Shown: positions 25,047 to 36,225 of the stretch, piece after piece
How the letters are laid out: each line of letters opens with the position of its first letter
Numbering within the stretch: the stretch's first letter is position 1
Assembly: GCF_006345805.1 (NCBI RefSeq)
Contig: NC_043025.1
Location: 15,810,001-15,874,000 of the forward strand
Direction: 5' to 3'
Source of the DNA: Octopus sinensis
Taxonomy: Eukaryota
DNA: 64,000 nucleotides
Translations under genes and position numbers: made by a program
The notes under the pieces: generated by a model
The model's database searches: none
Told to the model about the DNA's origin: nothing
The model's input: only the letters and a program-made list of their open reading frames with translations

Positions 25047-25338
25047 GAAATGAAGAAAATGCTGACAAAATAATTTAAGTAATTTAAGTAATTTAATTAG
25101 GTGAAAGTTCTTTTTACCGGTTGCGCATTTGTTATGCTTATCAAAAGATATTTTTTTAAGAGAGATTAGAGCTCCTTTTTGATAGATTTCAGATAAGAGG
25201 AAAAAATCTATCAGAAAGGAACTCTATCTCTCTTTTTGATAGGCATAACAAATGCGCAACCGGTAAAAAGAACTTTACCTAATTAAATTACTTAAATTAC
25301 TTAAATTATTTTGTCAGCATTTTCTTCATTTCCTTTTT
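25041..25338. repeat. Near-perfect ~300-bp foldback element within (TA)n
   Basis: aaaaggaaatgaagaaaatgctgacaaaataatttaagt... is mirrored by ...acttaaattattttgtcagcattttcttcatttcctttt, with an inner hairpin tcctttttgatagattt / aaatctatcagaaagga. Confidence 0.9.
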
Positions 25339-25375
25339 ATATATCACAACTCGTGTTCCACATCTCCTTTTTTAG

Positions 25376-25435
<60 letters not shown>

Positions 25436-25437
25436 TA

Positions 25438-28400
25438 TGTTGTTGACGAACGACACAGACCTCTTTGTGGCTGGTGATTTCAATGGACATGTTGGACAAC
25501 GTGCAGGGGGCTTCCATGGCATACATGGAGGCTATAGCTTTGGTTCCCGCAATGAGAAGGGAACCGGACTGCTGGAGTTCTGCGATGCAAATGATCTTAT
25601 GGTTTGCAATACCAACATCAGGAAACCTGCCTGTCACCTAGTCACCTATCGTTCTGGCAGAGACACCAGCCAAATTGACTATATCCTCACCAGAAAAAGG
25701 GAAAGAGGGCTGCTTATAAATGCCAAAACCTTCCCAGGTGAAGAATGCACCCCTCAACATAGATTAGTAGTTAGTGACTTCAGGATCGGGGCTGAATGGA
25801 TGCCCAGAACACGACCAGCCTGGAGGAGAAGGGTCTGGAAACTTAAAGATCCTGCAAATGGGCAGAGATTTAGAAACGTATTACTCGAAGCCTTTGATGA
25901 AATAGAAGGGGATATAGCATCACATAATGTGGAAGACAACTGGAGGTTTCTATGGGACAACCTGCTGAGAGCCACTGACCAGATCTGTGGCTGGTGCAAA
26001 GTCCCCTCTCGACCCAAGGTAACGTGGTGGTGGAACAATGTGGTTGACAGGGCTATTAGACAAAAGAAACAGGCTTGGAAGGACTGGAAGAACGGAGGTA
26101 GCAGGGAATTGTATCAGACTGCCAAAAGGGAAGCTAGGAGACAGGTTTATTTAGCCAGATAAGGAAAAATTTGCCAATGTTCTGTGCTGTGAGGACGAAA
26201 GACTTGAGGTATTTCGTGTTGCAAGACAGTGTGTGAGAGAGAATCATGATGTGGTAGGAGAAAAATGAGTTCGCATGGATGATGGTTCACTTACACTAAA
26301 TGAGGATGCAAAGAGAGAGGTTTGGAGACACAACTATGAAAGGTTGCTGAATAAAGAAAATGAATGGGATAAAGAGAGTCTGCCGAATGTCGACCCAACA
26401 GAGGGACCAGCAATCCGAGTTAAAAGTTCCTTAGTAGTTAAGGCAATTACAAGCATGAAAACAGGGAAAGCCCCAGGCCCATCAGGAATTACTGCAGAGA
26501 TGCTCAAAATATCTGGTAGTGTCGGCTATAGCCTAGTCACCCGTGTAGTTAACCAGGTGATACACGAAGGAGTCATACCCAATGACTGGTGTAGCAGCAT
26601 AATAGTCAACTGCTACAAAGGTAAAGGTGACGCCCTAGATACAAATAACTACAGGGGTATCAAGCTGTTGGATCAGGTAATGAAGGTTACGGAGAGGGTC
26701 ATAGCCCAACTAATTAGAGAGAGAGTTAGTTTGGATGAGATGCAGTTTGGGTTGGTGCCAGGGAAAAGTACCACTGATGCTATATTCCTGGTAAGACAGC
26801 TGCAGGAGAAATACCTAGCCAAAGATAAGCCCCTGTACCTGGCTTTTGTTGACATGGAGAAAGCCTTCGACAGGGTCCCCCGATCCCTTATCTGGTGGTC
26901 AATGAGGAAACTAGGGATAGATGAATGGTTAGTGAGAGCTGTGCAAGCCATGTACAAGGATGCTGTCAGTAAGGTGAGGGTTGGCAATGAGTACAGTGAA
27001 GAATTCCGGGTAGAGGTTGGGGTCCACCAAGGTTCAGTCCTCGGCCCCCTCCTATTTATCATAGGTTTCCAGGCAATAACGGAGGAATTCAAGACAGGAT
27101 GCCCCTGGGAGCTCCTCTATGCTGATGACCTTGCTTTAATTGCTGAGTCACTATCAGAACTGGAGGAGAAGTTTCAGGTGTGGAAACAAGGTTTAGAACC
27201 GAAGGGCCTTAGAATCAACCTAGCTAAAACCAAAGTCCTAATAAGTAGGAAGGTAGACCAATCACAAACGCCTTCAGGTAGATGGCCCTGCTCGATCTGT
27301 AAAAAAGGTGTAGGTAGAAACTCTATAAGGTGCACCAAGTGTAAGCTATGGACACATAAGAGGTGCAGCAATATCAAAGGAAGGCTAACTAGGAAAATAG
27401 TTTTTGTATGTGGCAGATGCTCAGGAGCAATAAACACTGAAAATGTGCAGAGACCAACTTCTACCACGTTCCAGGGAGACAAACTAGAAGTAGTTGATAG
27501 CTTCCGCTACCTAGGTGACCAAGTCAGTAGTGGGGGTGGGTGTGTTGAAAGTGTAACTGCTAGAGTAAGAATAGCTTGGGCAAAGTTTAGAGAGCTCTTA
27601 CCCCTTACTGGTGACAAAAGTTTAGAGAGCTCTTACCCCTTACTGGTGACAAAAGGCCTGTCGCTCAGAGTAAAAGGCAGACTGTATGATGCATGTGTAC
27701 GTACAGCCATGCTACATGGTAGTGAAACATGGGCCGTGACTGCTGAGGATATGCGTAAGCTCGCAAGAAATGAAGCCAGTATGCTCCGATGGATGTGTAA
27801 TGTCAGTGTTCATAATCGACAGAGTGTAAGTACCTTGAGAGAAAAGTTGGACCTAAGAAGCATCAGTTGTGGTGTGCAAGAGAGACGCTTGCGCTGGTAT
27901 GGTCATGTGGCGAGAATGGATGAAGATAGTTGTGTGCAAAAGTGCTACACCCTAGCGGTTGAGGAAACCTGTGGAAGAGGTAGACCCAGGAAAACCTGGG
28001 ACGAGGTGGTGAAGCACGAGCTTCGAACTTTAGGTCTCACCAAGGAAATGATTAGAGACCGAGACCTATGGAAGTATGCTGTGCGTGAGAAGACCCGGCA
28101 AGACTAGTGAGGCCATAACCCATGGCCTCTACCTGGTATGTAGCCAGTCGACTTATACATACCTTTCCTTCTTGGGACACAAAACTCCACTTGTGAAGAC
28201 CCGTTGAGGCAAGTGAAAATCAAAATCAAAAAATCAAAATCAAATCAGATATCAGAAAGCAGAACCAAAATCGAAGTCGATCAACATCAATGGAAATTGC
28301 AGCTGTGATACCAGTGCTGGTGACAATTAAGCGAACCATCCGATTGTGGCCGTTGCCAGCGCCGCCCTGACTGGCCTCCGTGCCGATGACACGTAAAAAG

Positions 28401-29130
28401 CACCATCTGTTCGTGGCTGTTGCCAGCACCGCCCCAACTGGCCTCCGTGCTGGTGACACGTAAAAAGCATCATCCGTTCGTGGCCGTTGCCAGCACCGCC
28501 CCAACTGGCCTCCGTGCTGGTGACACGTAAAAAGCACCATCCGTTCGTGGCCGTTGCCAGCGCCGCCCCAACTGGCCTCTGTGCTGGTGGCACGTAAAAA
28601 GCACCATCCGTTTGTGGCTGTTGCCAGCCTCGCCTGGCCCCCGTCCCGGTGGCACGTAAAAAGCACCATCCATTCATGGCTGTTGCCAGCGCCGCCCCAA
28701 CTGGCCTCCGTGCCAGTGGCACGTAAAAGCACCATCTGTTCATGTCCGTTGCCTGCTTCACCTGGCCCCCGTGCGGGTGGCACGTAAAAAGCACCATCCG
28801 TTCGTGGCTGTTGCCAGCCTTGCCTGGCCCCCGTGCCGGTGGCACGTAAAAGCATCATCCATTCATGGCCGTTGCCAGCCTCGCCTGGCCCCTGTGCCGG
28901 TGGCACGTAAAAACACCATCTGTCCGTGGCTGTCTACCAGCTCTGTCTGACACCTGTGCGGGTGGCACGTAAAAAGCACCCACTACACTCTCGGAGTTGT
29001 TGGCGTTAGGAAGGGCATCCAGCTGTAGAAACATTGCCAGATCAGACTGGGCCTGATGCAGCCTTCTGGCTTCACAGACCCCAGTTGACCCATCCAACCC
29101 ATGCTAGCATGGAAAACGGACGCTAAACGA
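25438..29130 (+). mobile_element. 5'-truncated RTE-type LINE: AP-endonuclease C-terminus, RT, Cys/His finger, repeat-containing 3' UTR and (GAT)n tail
   Basis: ORF 25311-26162 has GDFNGHVG, SQIDYIL and PQHRLVV. ORF 26275-28107 has KAPGPSG, NYRGIKLL, FVDMEKAFDRV, GVHQGSVL and YADD. A stop at ~26160 plus frameshifts disrupt it; (TA)n lies on both flanks. Confidence 0.93.
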
Positions 29131-29142
29131 TGATGATGATAT

Positions 29143-29196
<54 letters not shown>

Positions 29197-29927
29197 AACA
29201 TGGCTATATGTTCAAGAGGCTTGCTTCTCAAACATGTGGTCTTGTCTAGTGTTCAGTCTCACTGAGTAGCACCTTGAGCAAGTGTCCCCTGCTATAGCCA
29301 AACCCTTGTGAGTGGAATTGATGTATGGAAACTGATAGAAGCCTGCTGTATATATGTGTGACATTTTTCATGCCTGGCCATGTGTAAACATTATCCTGCT
29401 TGGAGTGGTTGGATGTTAGGAAGGGCATAGAAGCCAAGCCAAAACCAAACTGGAGCCTGGTACAGCTCTGCAGCTTACCAGTTCCAGTCAAACCATCCAA
29501 CCCATGCCAGCATGGAAAGTGGACATTAAATGACAATGATACGATGATAATATATATATATTTATCCCATCATTAGCATCTTCATCGTCATTTAATGTCC
29601 ACTTTTCCATGCTTGCATTGGTTAGACAGAATTTGTTGGGGCAGATCTTCTATGGCTCGATACCTTTCCTGTTATCAAGCATGATGTTTACCCATGGCCA
29701 GGCGTATGTTTTATGGACGTTGGTTCAGAACCATCACATGCTGTCACGTACACAAATACATACATATATACAGCAGGCTACTTTCAGTTTCCATATATCA
29801 AATCCATTCACAAGGGTTTAGCTATAGTAGGAGATACTTACTCAAGGTGCTGCAGTGGGACTAAACCCTAGATAAGACCACATGTTTAGGAAGCAAGATT
29901 CTTAACCATGTAGCCATGTTTGCACGC

Positions 29928-29976
<49 letters not shown>

Positions 29977-29981
<5 letters not shown>

Positions 29982-30146
29982 GTAAAATAATATGTGACAA
30001 TTATTCGGCAGCCAAGATAAAACTCTGAGTTTCGGATGCCAAGGTGGAAATCTTTGGAGATGGTGTTGTGGATTTCCACCTCAGCATCCGAAACTCAGAG
30101 TTTCATCTTGGCTGCCGAATAATTGTCACATATTATTTTACAGATA
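29977..30146. repeat. 170-bp foldback with ~75-bp arms
   Basis: tatctgtaaaataatatgtgacaattattcggcagccaagat...ggtggaaatc is mirrored by gatttccacc...atcttggctgccgaataattgtcacatattattttacagata. Confidence 0.9.
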
Positions 30147-30429
30147 AATTTCCTCTATTTACATAATGTTGAGGTCTCTGTCTTTCTTTTGTTATCTTAC
30201 CATTTTTACCAATATATATATATATATATATACGGTTTAAGTAATTGAGATTCAAGTGAGTTCTAATGAATTCACATGAATATGGTCCTTAACTAGGATG
30301 CACCGGAAATCTATATGGTGTTAACCATACGACAAAGTGGGGTGTTTACAAATAGGAAAAAAGCAACAAGAATGGATCAATTTACCGATATATTGATCCA
30401 TTCTTGCTGCTTTTTTCCTATATATATAT

Positions 30430-30872
30430 ATATAACCAAATCAAAATAGATGAACATCAATGGATTTTGTATCTTTGTGGTACCAGTGCCGATGGCACAC
30501 AAGAAAACCATCCGAACGTGGCCGTAGCCAGTACCGCATCGACTGGCCTCCGTGCTGTGGGCATGTAACAAACACCATCCGATCGTGGCTGTTCGCCAGC
30601 CTCATCTGGCACCTGTGTCGGTGGCACATAAAAAACACCATCCGAGCATGGCCGTTCGCCAACCTCGTCTGGCACCTGTGTCGGTGGCACATAAAATCAC
30701 CCACTACACTCTCGGAGTGGTTGGCGTTAGGAAGGGCATCCAGCTGTAGAAACACTGCCAGATCTGACTGGCCTGGTGCAGCGTTCGGGCTCCCCAGACC
30801 CCAGTTGAACCGTCCAACCCATGCTAGCATGGTTAGCAGACGTTAAACGATGATGATGATGATGATGATGAT
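30430..30872 (+). mobile_element. RTE 3'-UTR-only fragment with (GAT)n tail
   Basis: About four UTR repeat units, then ggttggcgttaggaagggcatccagctgtagaaac...gttaaacgatgatgat. Confidence 0.8.
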
Positions 30873-30899
30873 GATATATATATACAAAATATATATACA

Positions 30900-32235
30900 C
30901 ACATAAGCGGCACCCAGATATCTTCCATGGGGTGCATGAGGGACATGGAATTGGTTGCCAAAATGAGAAGTATATAAAGCTGCTGAAATTCTGTCACACA
31001 AATGACCCAATGATCTGCAACATCAGAAAGCCAACAAGTCACTTGATAACCTATAAAGCCAGATTGACTACATTCTCACAAGAAAGCAGACAAATCACAA
31101 ATCCCCTAAGGTAGATAGCCCTGCTCAATCTGTAGAAAAGGCATAGGTAGAAACTGAATAAGATGTACCCAGTGTAAGCTATAGATACATAAGAGGTGCA
31201 GCAATATCAGAGGAAGTTAACTTGGAAAATAGTGTTTGTGTGTGTAAGGTGTACAGGTACAATAAACACCACAAATGCACAGAAAATAGATGCCATCAAA
31301 TGCCAGGCAGGTAAGTGGAGGTGGATGCTCCGAGAGTATAGCTGTAAGAATAACAATAGGATGGGCAAAGTTCAGAGTGTTCCTATCTCTGTTAGTACCA
31401 AAGGGCCTCTCCCTCAGAGTGAAAGGCAGACTGTATGATTGATGCCTGTGTTTGAACAGTTGTGCTACATGGCAGTAAAACACAGGCTATGACTACCAAG
31501 GACATGTGTAATCTTGAAAGAAATGAAGCAGAGTATGCTTTGCTGGATGTGCAAAGTCAGTGTGCATGTATGACAGAGTGTAAGCATCTTGAGAGAAAAG
31601 CTGGGCATAAGAGGCATCAGATGTGATGTGCAAGGGAGACAACTGCATTTATATGGTCATATGATGCATCTGGATGAGGACAACTGTGTAAAGAAGTGCC
31701 AATCTCTAACTGTGAAGGGAACCTGTGGAAGAGGTAGACCAGGAAGACATGGAATGAGGTGGTGAAGCATGGTCTTCAAATGTTGGGCTTCATGGAGATG
31801 ATGACAAGTGACTGAGACCTCTGGCAATATGCTGTGTGTAAGAGGACTCGTCAGGCGAAATAAAATCATAGTTGTGGCCATGCTATGCCATGTAAATAAC
31901 ACCCAATGCATTGAGGTCATGGTCATTCATGGCATCTGTGTATCATAGTCATGGTCATTGATTAAGTCCTGAAAATTGGTATCCAGGAATCGTTCTCATT
32001 GGCAGTGCCATGTAAATGGCACCTGTGAGTTTTCGTTACTGGTGCCATGCAAACGGCACCCATGAATTGTAGTCATGGTTGCACGTAAAAGTATCCATTA
32101 CACTCCTGGAGTGGCTCATGTTGGGAAGGGCATCCAACAGTAGAAACCAAGCCAAATCAGACTGGAACTTGGTGCAGCTCTCCAGCTCATCAGTTCCAGT
32201 CAAACGGTCTAAACGATGCCAGCATGGAGAGTGGA
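30900..32235 (+). mobile_element. Old, internally deleted RTE relic
   Basis: Degenerate endonuclease, Cys-finger and C-terminal RT segments homologous to the 25438 element; many stops. Confidence 0.7.
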
Positions 32236-32254
32236 TGTTGAATGATGATGATAA

Positions 32255-32745
32255 TGAACATTTTTGACATATTTTGCTCCCTTATTATTTTGGTAAAGGC
32301 AAGAAAGTTGCTGAGGTTCACAAACAGATATGTGAAGTTTATGGTGATTGCTTAACAGAATGCAGATGTCAGAAATGGTTTTAAAAATTCCGTTCTGGAG
32401 ATTTTTCACTCAAAGGTAACCAATGTTTTGGTCAACCTACAGAAGTTGATGATGACCGTATCAAAGCTATAATTGAATTTAATTGCCATATAACTGTGTG
32501 AGAGATTGCAGAGAGGTTAAATGTATCATACATAACAATTGAAAATCATTTAAAATGTCTCGGACTTGTTAAGAAGCTTGACATTTGGGTTCCACAGAAA
32601 TTGAATGAGATTCACTCAACACAATGAATCAACATTTGCGATATGTATTTAAAACGCAATGAAATCGACCTGTTTTTGAAACAAATCATCACAGGTGATG
32701 AAAAATGGATTGTCTACAATAAGATCAATCGAAAACAATCATGGC
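32255..32745 (+). mobile_element. Mariner transposase pseudogene, N-terminal half
   Basis: Reads KWF*KFRSGDFSL, WVPQKL (WVPHEL-like) and IITGDEKWI; contains stops. Confidence 0.85.
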
Positions 32746-33625
32746 AAGCTGTGATGGTGGCTTTGGAGGCTAAACATGGTGATTTAGAAATTTCTTGTTT
32801 TCTGAAAGTTGCAAGATCTTTTGTCTACAAGATTTGGTGTGAGTTAGAGGAAGCGTATTACCTGTATCAAAACATAAAAAAAACATTCCACACATTCTGA
32901 TTCTATCAGACACCTGAATTTATTCAAGAAGTTAAGCAAAACATTGAAAACAATCCAGGAAAATCAATGAGGTCAATCGCAAAAAAAATAATCAGAAATG
33001 TTGTGCATGAAGGTATCTGATACAAATCTTACCTGATGAGGAGAGGTCAATTAATGTCAGAAAAATCAAAAGAAAAGTCCTTAATCAGAATCAAAAGATT
33101 TTTGAACAAACTTAAATATCCATCAGAAGATGGTATGATTTGGTTTTTCTCAGATGAGAAAAACTTTGACCAGGACCAGAAAACTAACAGATGACAGGTG
33201 GCTATGTACAGACACTTCTGAGGTTCCAAGAGTAATGCATACAAAATTTCCTGCAAGTGTTATGTTTTTGGATGCTGTTAACAATGAAGGACATGTGAGG
33301 CCTCCTCACTTTTTTTCTACAAGGCCTTAGGATGAATACTACTGTATATATTGAGGTTCTGGATAAAGTTGTTAAGCTTTGGATCAACAGTGTTTACAAT
33401 GGAAGGCCTTATATCTCTAAAGATCTCAATCCACTGGATTACTGTGTATGGAGCATTGTCGAGAAAAATGTCAATGAACACCCCCATAGCTCTAAAGATT
33501 CTTTGAAAGCCACCATAGTTCGAGTCGTCCAATATGAACAAGGACAATTTAATCTGAGATTGTAAATGATTTCGACCCCGTGTAGAGGCAGTTATTGATG
33601 CTTATGGTGGTTTTACTGAATGAAA
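32746..33625 (+). mobile_element. Tc1/mariner (maT/DD37D-like) transposase pseudogene
   Basis: Reads IRTPEFIQEVK, WFFSDEKNF, KFPASVM and LNPLDYCVWSIVE; frameshifted and internally deleted. The subfamily is inferred. Confidence 0.7.
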
Positions 33626-33768
33626 TTATTAAAATGATAATTTAGATTTATGTTTATGTTATTTTTAAAAAATACAGTTTTTTTCTGTTATAAAAAATAA
33701 GTGTTTTTTAAAAAGCATAAATCTGCCCTCAAATACCATCTGCACTCTGTGTGTGTTTGTGTAATGTG

Positions 33769-33799
<31 letters not shown>

Positions 33800-33969
33800 G
33801 GATGCACAGGCATGGTTGCGTAAAAGAGGCTTACTTTCTGACCACTGGTTGCAGGTACAGTCCTGCTATGTGACAGCCTTAGATTGATCAAAGTCTTGTG
33901 AGGAGATTTGATACACAGAAGCTGAAAGTAGCCCATCATATGTGCATATATATGTGTGTATGTGTGTGT

Positions 33970-35560
33970 TCACGTGTGCGTGGGTCTTTTGTTTTGTGTT
34001 GTGTGATAACTGTAAATGATTGTCACTATCACAGAAGTAGTGTCATTCATTTCCAATATTCTGCAAGAACATGATAGACAAGTTCTTGCAGAATATTGGT
34101 CTCGGTTTCTTGCCATCTGAAGATCCGTCACCACTTCACCCCACATCTTCCTGAGTCTGCCCCTTCCACAATTAGAAATCAGCACTTCTTTATGCAGCTA
34201 TCCACAGCGCAGTCTTCCTTCTTGCACACTACAACTGATGCCCCTGAAACCTAGTTTTTCTCTTAAATCCTTTACTAACATTATCCATCCAGCAGAGCAT
34301 GCTGGCTTCAATCCTTTCAACCCTTCTCATGTCCTCTGCAGTCACAGCCCATGTTTCACTGCCAGGTAACATAGCTGTATGTACACAGGCATAATACAAT
34401 CTGCCTTTCACATTCTTAGTATTTATTGTACCTGCACATTTGCCACACACAAAGACTACTTTCATTGTTAACCTTCCTGTGACACCAATACACCTCTTAC
34501 GTGTCCAAAGCTTGCACCGAGTACATATGGAGTTTTTACCAACACCCTTCTTACATATCAAGCAAAGCCATTTTTCTGAAGGGACTTGTGATTTGTCTAA
34601 GGCCTTTAGATTCCAGACTTTGCTTCCATACCTGAAATTTCCTCTCTAGTTTGGGTAGTAATTCAGTTATAAAAACAAGATCATCAGCATAGAGAAGCTC
34701 CCAAGGGATCTTAAATCCCTCTGTTATTGCTTGGTGGATTATGATAAACAAAAGGGGGACGAGAACTGATCTTTGGTGAACTCCTACTAAATTCATTGCT
34801 ATACTCATTACCAACCTTCACCTTACTGACATCATTCTGTACATGGATTGTACACTCATCTATCCCTAGCTTTTGCATTGACCAGTAGATAAGGGAGCAG
34901 GGGACCCTAACAAAGGTTTTCTATATGTCAACAAAAGCCAAATACAGGTTTATTTTTGGCTACATGTTTCTCCTACCAGGTACAAAACCAAACTGCATCT
35001 CATCGAAGCTAACTCTCTTATTAGTTGAACCTAATTAGTTGAACTATGACCATCTCTGTAACTTTCATCATCTGGTCCACCAATTTGATACCTCTGTAAT
35101 TGTTTCTATCTAAGGTGTCGCCTTTACCATTGTAGCAGTTGCTGCTACACCAGCCATTGGGTATGACTCCATTGTCGATAACCTGATTAACTCTACAGAT
35201 AACTAGGCCATATCAGCAGTGATTTCTGAAGGGCTAGGGGCTTTCTTTGCTTTCATATCTTCAATTGCTTTATCAGTCAAGCTACTGTCTATTTGGATAG
35301 CTGGTTCCTCTGTTGGATCCACATTGGACAGACTCCTCTTCTCACATGTGTTCTCAACATTTAACAGCCTCACATAGTGGAATCTCCAAGCCTCTTTCTT
35401 TGCAGAATAACTAACTGCAAATGCACTCTTCTCTCCTGCAGCATCACAATTCTCTCTGATACACTGTCTTGCAATCCCAAACACCTCAAGTCCCTGGTCC
35501 TCATGCTGCAGACCACCAGCAGACTTCTTTCTTTCTACTTCTCCTGTGGCTAAATCTACC
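33970..35560 (-). mobile_element. Degenerate RTE relic just downstream (transcript sense) of exon B
   Basis: ORF fragments GVHQRSVL..PLLF, PWELLYADD, ICKKGVGKNSICTRCKLW and NVDPTEEPAI. Confidence 0.8.
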
Positions 35561-35628
35561 TAGTATATATTACATATACAGACACATACATATATGCACA
35601 GAATAAACAAGCAGACAACGATACAAAC

Positions 35629-35811
35629 CTGTCACCATAGTCGTCAACTACGACGTCTTTGGAAGTCCCCGTAATACCATCATGGTGCTGAAACAGTGCA
35701 AGGTTCCGTCGAGCATTAACCAGACTCTGCATGAACTCTATGAGAGGGAATTTGCTGCCATCATGTATCTTAAGGTATCGACTGACCAGGAAGAAAAGGA
35801 TCTCAGCACCC
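35629..35811 (-). CDS. MAN2A1: Alpha-mannosidase II exon B, (R)GAEILFFLVSRYLKIHDGSKFPLIEFMQSLVNARRNLALFQHHDGITGTSKDVVVDDYGD(R)
   Basis: Contains LFQHHDGITGT, the GH38 motif with a Zn-ligand His. Acceptor ttatacag|G completes the CG|G codon from exon A; donor AG|gtttgt; 183 nt. Confidence 0.95.
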
Positions 35812-35962
35812 CTGTATAACAGACACAATACAAGATATAAGACACACGCCTGACACCTGACATTTCATAAAAATGCATTCCATGAATGTAAGCAAAATCA
35901 AGGCAACTGAAAAGACAATGTCAGAGCACAGACCACCTACAAATGCTATAAAGACACTACAT

Positions 35963-36225
35963 CAGGGGTTCTCAACCAGGGTCCAGATAAAACCAGAGGC
36001 CATGCAGCAAAATAGTAAATTAGGGATCTACAATAGTATTTTGAAGGCCCCTGAAAGAATTTTGCTTTAGATGTATGTATTGGTAAGTATTGCAGAAACA
36101 GTTAGGTTTCTTTCTCTAACATTTTACGTAGTTCAACCGACAAAACTTTGAATGGCTTTGGGGGTCCACCAGAATGAAATAGTAATCAAAGGTGTCCACA
36201 GGTAAGAAATGGTTGAGAACTCTTA
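35963..36225. mobile_element. hAT-like MITE relic
   Basis: Left end caggggttctcaacc, right end ggttgagaactctta (degenerate TIR); 8-bp flanks cactacat and ctctatac match only 5/8. Confidence 0.5.

Noticed and set aside
26275-28107. Intact, active LINE
   Set aside because: The element is 5'-truncated within the endonuclease, has a stop at ~26160 and frameshifts before the 610-aa ORF, so it cannot encode a full protein.
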